A stretch of DNA of 63,688 nucleotides, the filler included, from Octopus bimaculoides (lineage: Eukaryota), in assembly GCF_001194135.2 (NCBI RefSeq). It is 5 parts of 5 records of this genome, joined end to end, with 100 filler letters (N's around TTAATTAATTAA, not from the genome) between each part and the next. Parts side by side here need not be neighbours in the genome. Positions count along the whole stretch, not along the records: positions 55,389 to 63,688 come from NC_069009.1; 4 more parts are not named here. One strand, given 5' to 3'. The notes below the pieces were generated by a model, which saw only the letters and a list, made by a program, of their open reading frames with translations, was not told where the DNA came from and ran no database searches. This document shows positions 61,521 through 63,688 of this stretch, piece by piece. The first letter of the stretch is position 1; each line of letters opens with the position of its first letter. Made by a program: the position numbers and the translations under genes.

Positions 61521-63092
61521 CGTAATGGTTTTTTGGTGGTGGTATTTGGTACGGAGGGGGGGGGGCTGATGGTCTGGCTGGTCTTCATCGTCCACTGGTT
61601 CCATCTCCCACAAGCCTTCAGCACTTCTTTCCATAGTGATGGTCACGTGATGCATCCATACACATCNNNNNNNNNNNNNNNNNNNNNNNNNNNNNNNNNN
61701 NNNNNNNNNNNNNNNNNNNNNNNNNNNNNNNNNNNNNNNNNNNNNNNNNNNNNNNNNNNNNNNNNNNNNNNNNNNNNNNNNNNNNNNNNNNNNNNNNNNN
61801 NNNNNNNNNNNNNNNNNNNNNNNNNNNNNNNNNNNNNNNNNNNNNNNNNNNNNNNNNNNNNNNNNNNNNNNNNNNNNNNNNNNNNNNNNNNNNNNNNNNN
61901 NNNNNNNNNNNNNNNNNNNNNNNNNNNNNNNNNNNNNNNNNNNNNNNNNNNNNNNNNNNNNNNNNNNNNNNNNNNNNNNNNNNNNNNNNNNNNNNNNNNN
62001 NNNNNNNNNNNNNNNNNNNNNNNNNNNNNNNNNNNNNNNNNNNNNNNNNNNNNNNNNNNNNNNNNNNNNNNNNNNNNNNNNNNNNNNNNNNNNNNNNNNN
62101 NNNNNNNNNNNNNNNNNNNNNNNNNNNNNNNNNNNNNNNNNNNNNNNNNNNNNNNNNNNNNNNNNNATCATTATTATTATTATTATTATTATTATTAATA
62201 ATAATATTTAGCATGCCAGGCAAAATGCTTAGTGGCATTTCGTCTGCCGCTACGTTTTGAGTTCAAATTCTACTGCCAACCCAGAGTTCATAAACTGGGG
62301 GTCATTAAGCAGTTATTTCTAGGAAATGGAAAAACCACATGGAGGTTCACTCGAGACGCGCTTGAAAAAAAAAAAAAAGGTCCTAATATTAGTTCCCTTG
62401 GAAACTAAGGGAAAGTAACTCTTCGCCAATATATTTATTTTTAGATACTGCAGTTGTCTCCCATGAAGAAAGCTTTTCCTCTCTGGATTATGACTGTGAG
62501 AACGGTGACAGACGTCGTGCCATAGCTACTGTTTCGGCCCATTGAGTCCTATGAATAAAGACATTCCAGGAACGAACATCCTGCCCTAAAACATCGTGTC
62601 TAATGACAAGTCCCTACATTAGTTGTTAGGTATATGTATGTATTCGTAACACACACAGACACACACACACTCATTATGTGTATTAATTGTATGTATATGT
62701 TTCTACAGACATATATATATAAGTGTGGAGGGTTGGTTTGTGGGGGGGGGGGCGGAGAGTACTCACACATGCGTCTCAGCATGTATATATGTACACAGAT
62801 ATGCATAGATGAATGTATGTATGGATACAATATAAAATATACATATGTATTTATATCTTCTACCTTGAATTTGTTTAAGTCAAACTGCGGCCATGCTGGG
62901 GCACCACTTCCAATAATTTTTAGTCAAATGAATTGACCCCAATACATTGTTTTTTAACCCAGTAATATATATATATATATATAAATTCAATAATAGGATG
63001 AATTCTTTTACAAGAATTTATCAAGTAGCTAGTGTGAAAAAAACCTCATAAGGGAAAAAATCCATCATTTATTCTCCAAAATATATATTATT

Positions 63093-63250
63093 TATATAAG
63101 GGCATTAGTATACAAGAATGCCTCACGCTATGAGGGACTCTAAGGTCAAACTACCATAAAAAACACGGATAAAAATGTGTTTTTTATGGTAGTCTGACCT
63201 TAGAGTCCCTCATAGCGTGAGGCATTCTTGTATAGTAATGCCCTTATATA
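63093..63250. repeat. Near-perfect palindrome: about 74-bp arms, 10-bp loop, TA-rich flanks (MITE-like)
   Basis: 63093-63166 is the reverse complement of 63177-63250 with about 2 substitutions and 1 indel. Confidence 0.95.
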
Positions 63251-63639
63251 TATATGAATTATGGAGGAAGGGGACGAGCCAATTACAATGCCTGTAGTCC
63301 AAAAGTGACCCCCCCCCCAAGCATTTATTTTATCAATATCGAGAGGAAGAAAGGCAAAATCAAAACTGAGTGGAATTTGAACTCAGAATGTAAAGCCAAC
63401 AGAAACGCTGCTTAGGATTATGTCCACCATGCTAATGATTCTGCCAGCTCACCATTTTGTGTGTGTGTGTGTGTGTTATATATATATTTTACCTGAAGAA
63501 GTGGCACATCGTGAAAATACAAATTTACATACTGTTACCTATGAAGTTACACAATTGAACTGGAATTTTGAATAAACATGCCATAGGAACATCATATGGA
63601 GTGAGGGGACACGAAGTAACCATTAGTTTAATGCTTCTT

Positions 63640-63688
<49 letters not shown>

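Overview
AT-rich, microsatellite- and SINE-dense eukaryotic DNA from a fragmented draft assembly. The repeat families suggest an octopus or other coleoid cephalopod (inference). The window is five segments joined by artificial 44N-TTAATTAATTAA-44N linkers. The best-supported genes are two tandem, minus-strand, two-coding-exon paralogues (about 467 and 465 aa). Both carry the coiled-coil signatures of the ODAD1/CCDC114/CCDC63 (Chlamydomonas DC2) outer-dynein-arm docking family and share one phase-2 intron at NFSLFR|F. A fragment of one exon is duplicated just upstream. A chain of short, phase-compatible plus-strand exons (3268-11142), mostly missed by the ORF track, suggests a third gene with weak by-eye resemblance to EME1/ERCC4-family proteins. 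The rest is TE debris: RTE, CR1, R4-like and Penelope-like retroelements (one with a decayed hammerhead ribozyme), gypsy fragments, maT/DD37D-like transposase relics, piggyBac-type MITEs, two long palindromes and several tRNA-derived SINE families. An unexplained domain at about 56.7-61.7 kb holds three minisatellite arrays sharing GGGYGTRGC boxes, one also carrying repeated ATTTGCAT octamers. No rRNA, true tRNA or CRISPR array is supported. All protein-family calls are by eye; no database search was run.
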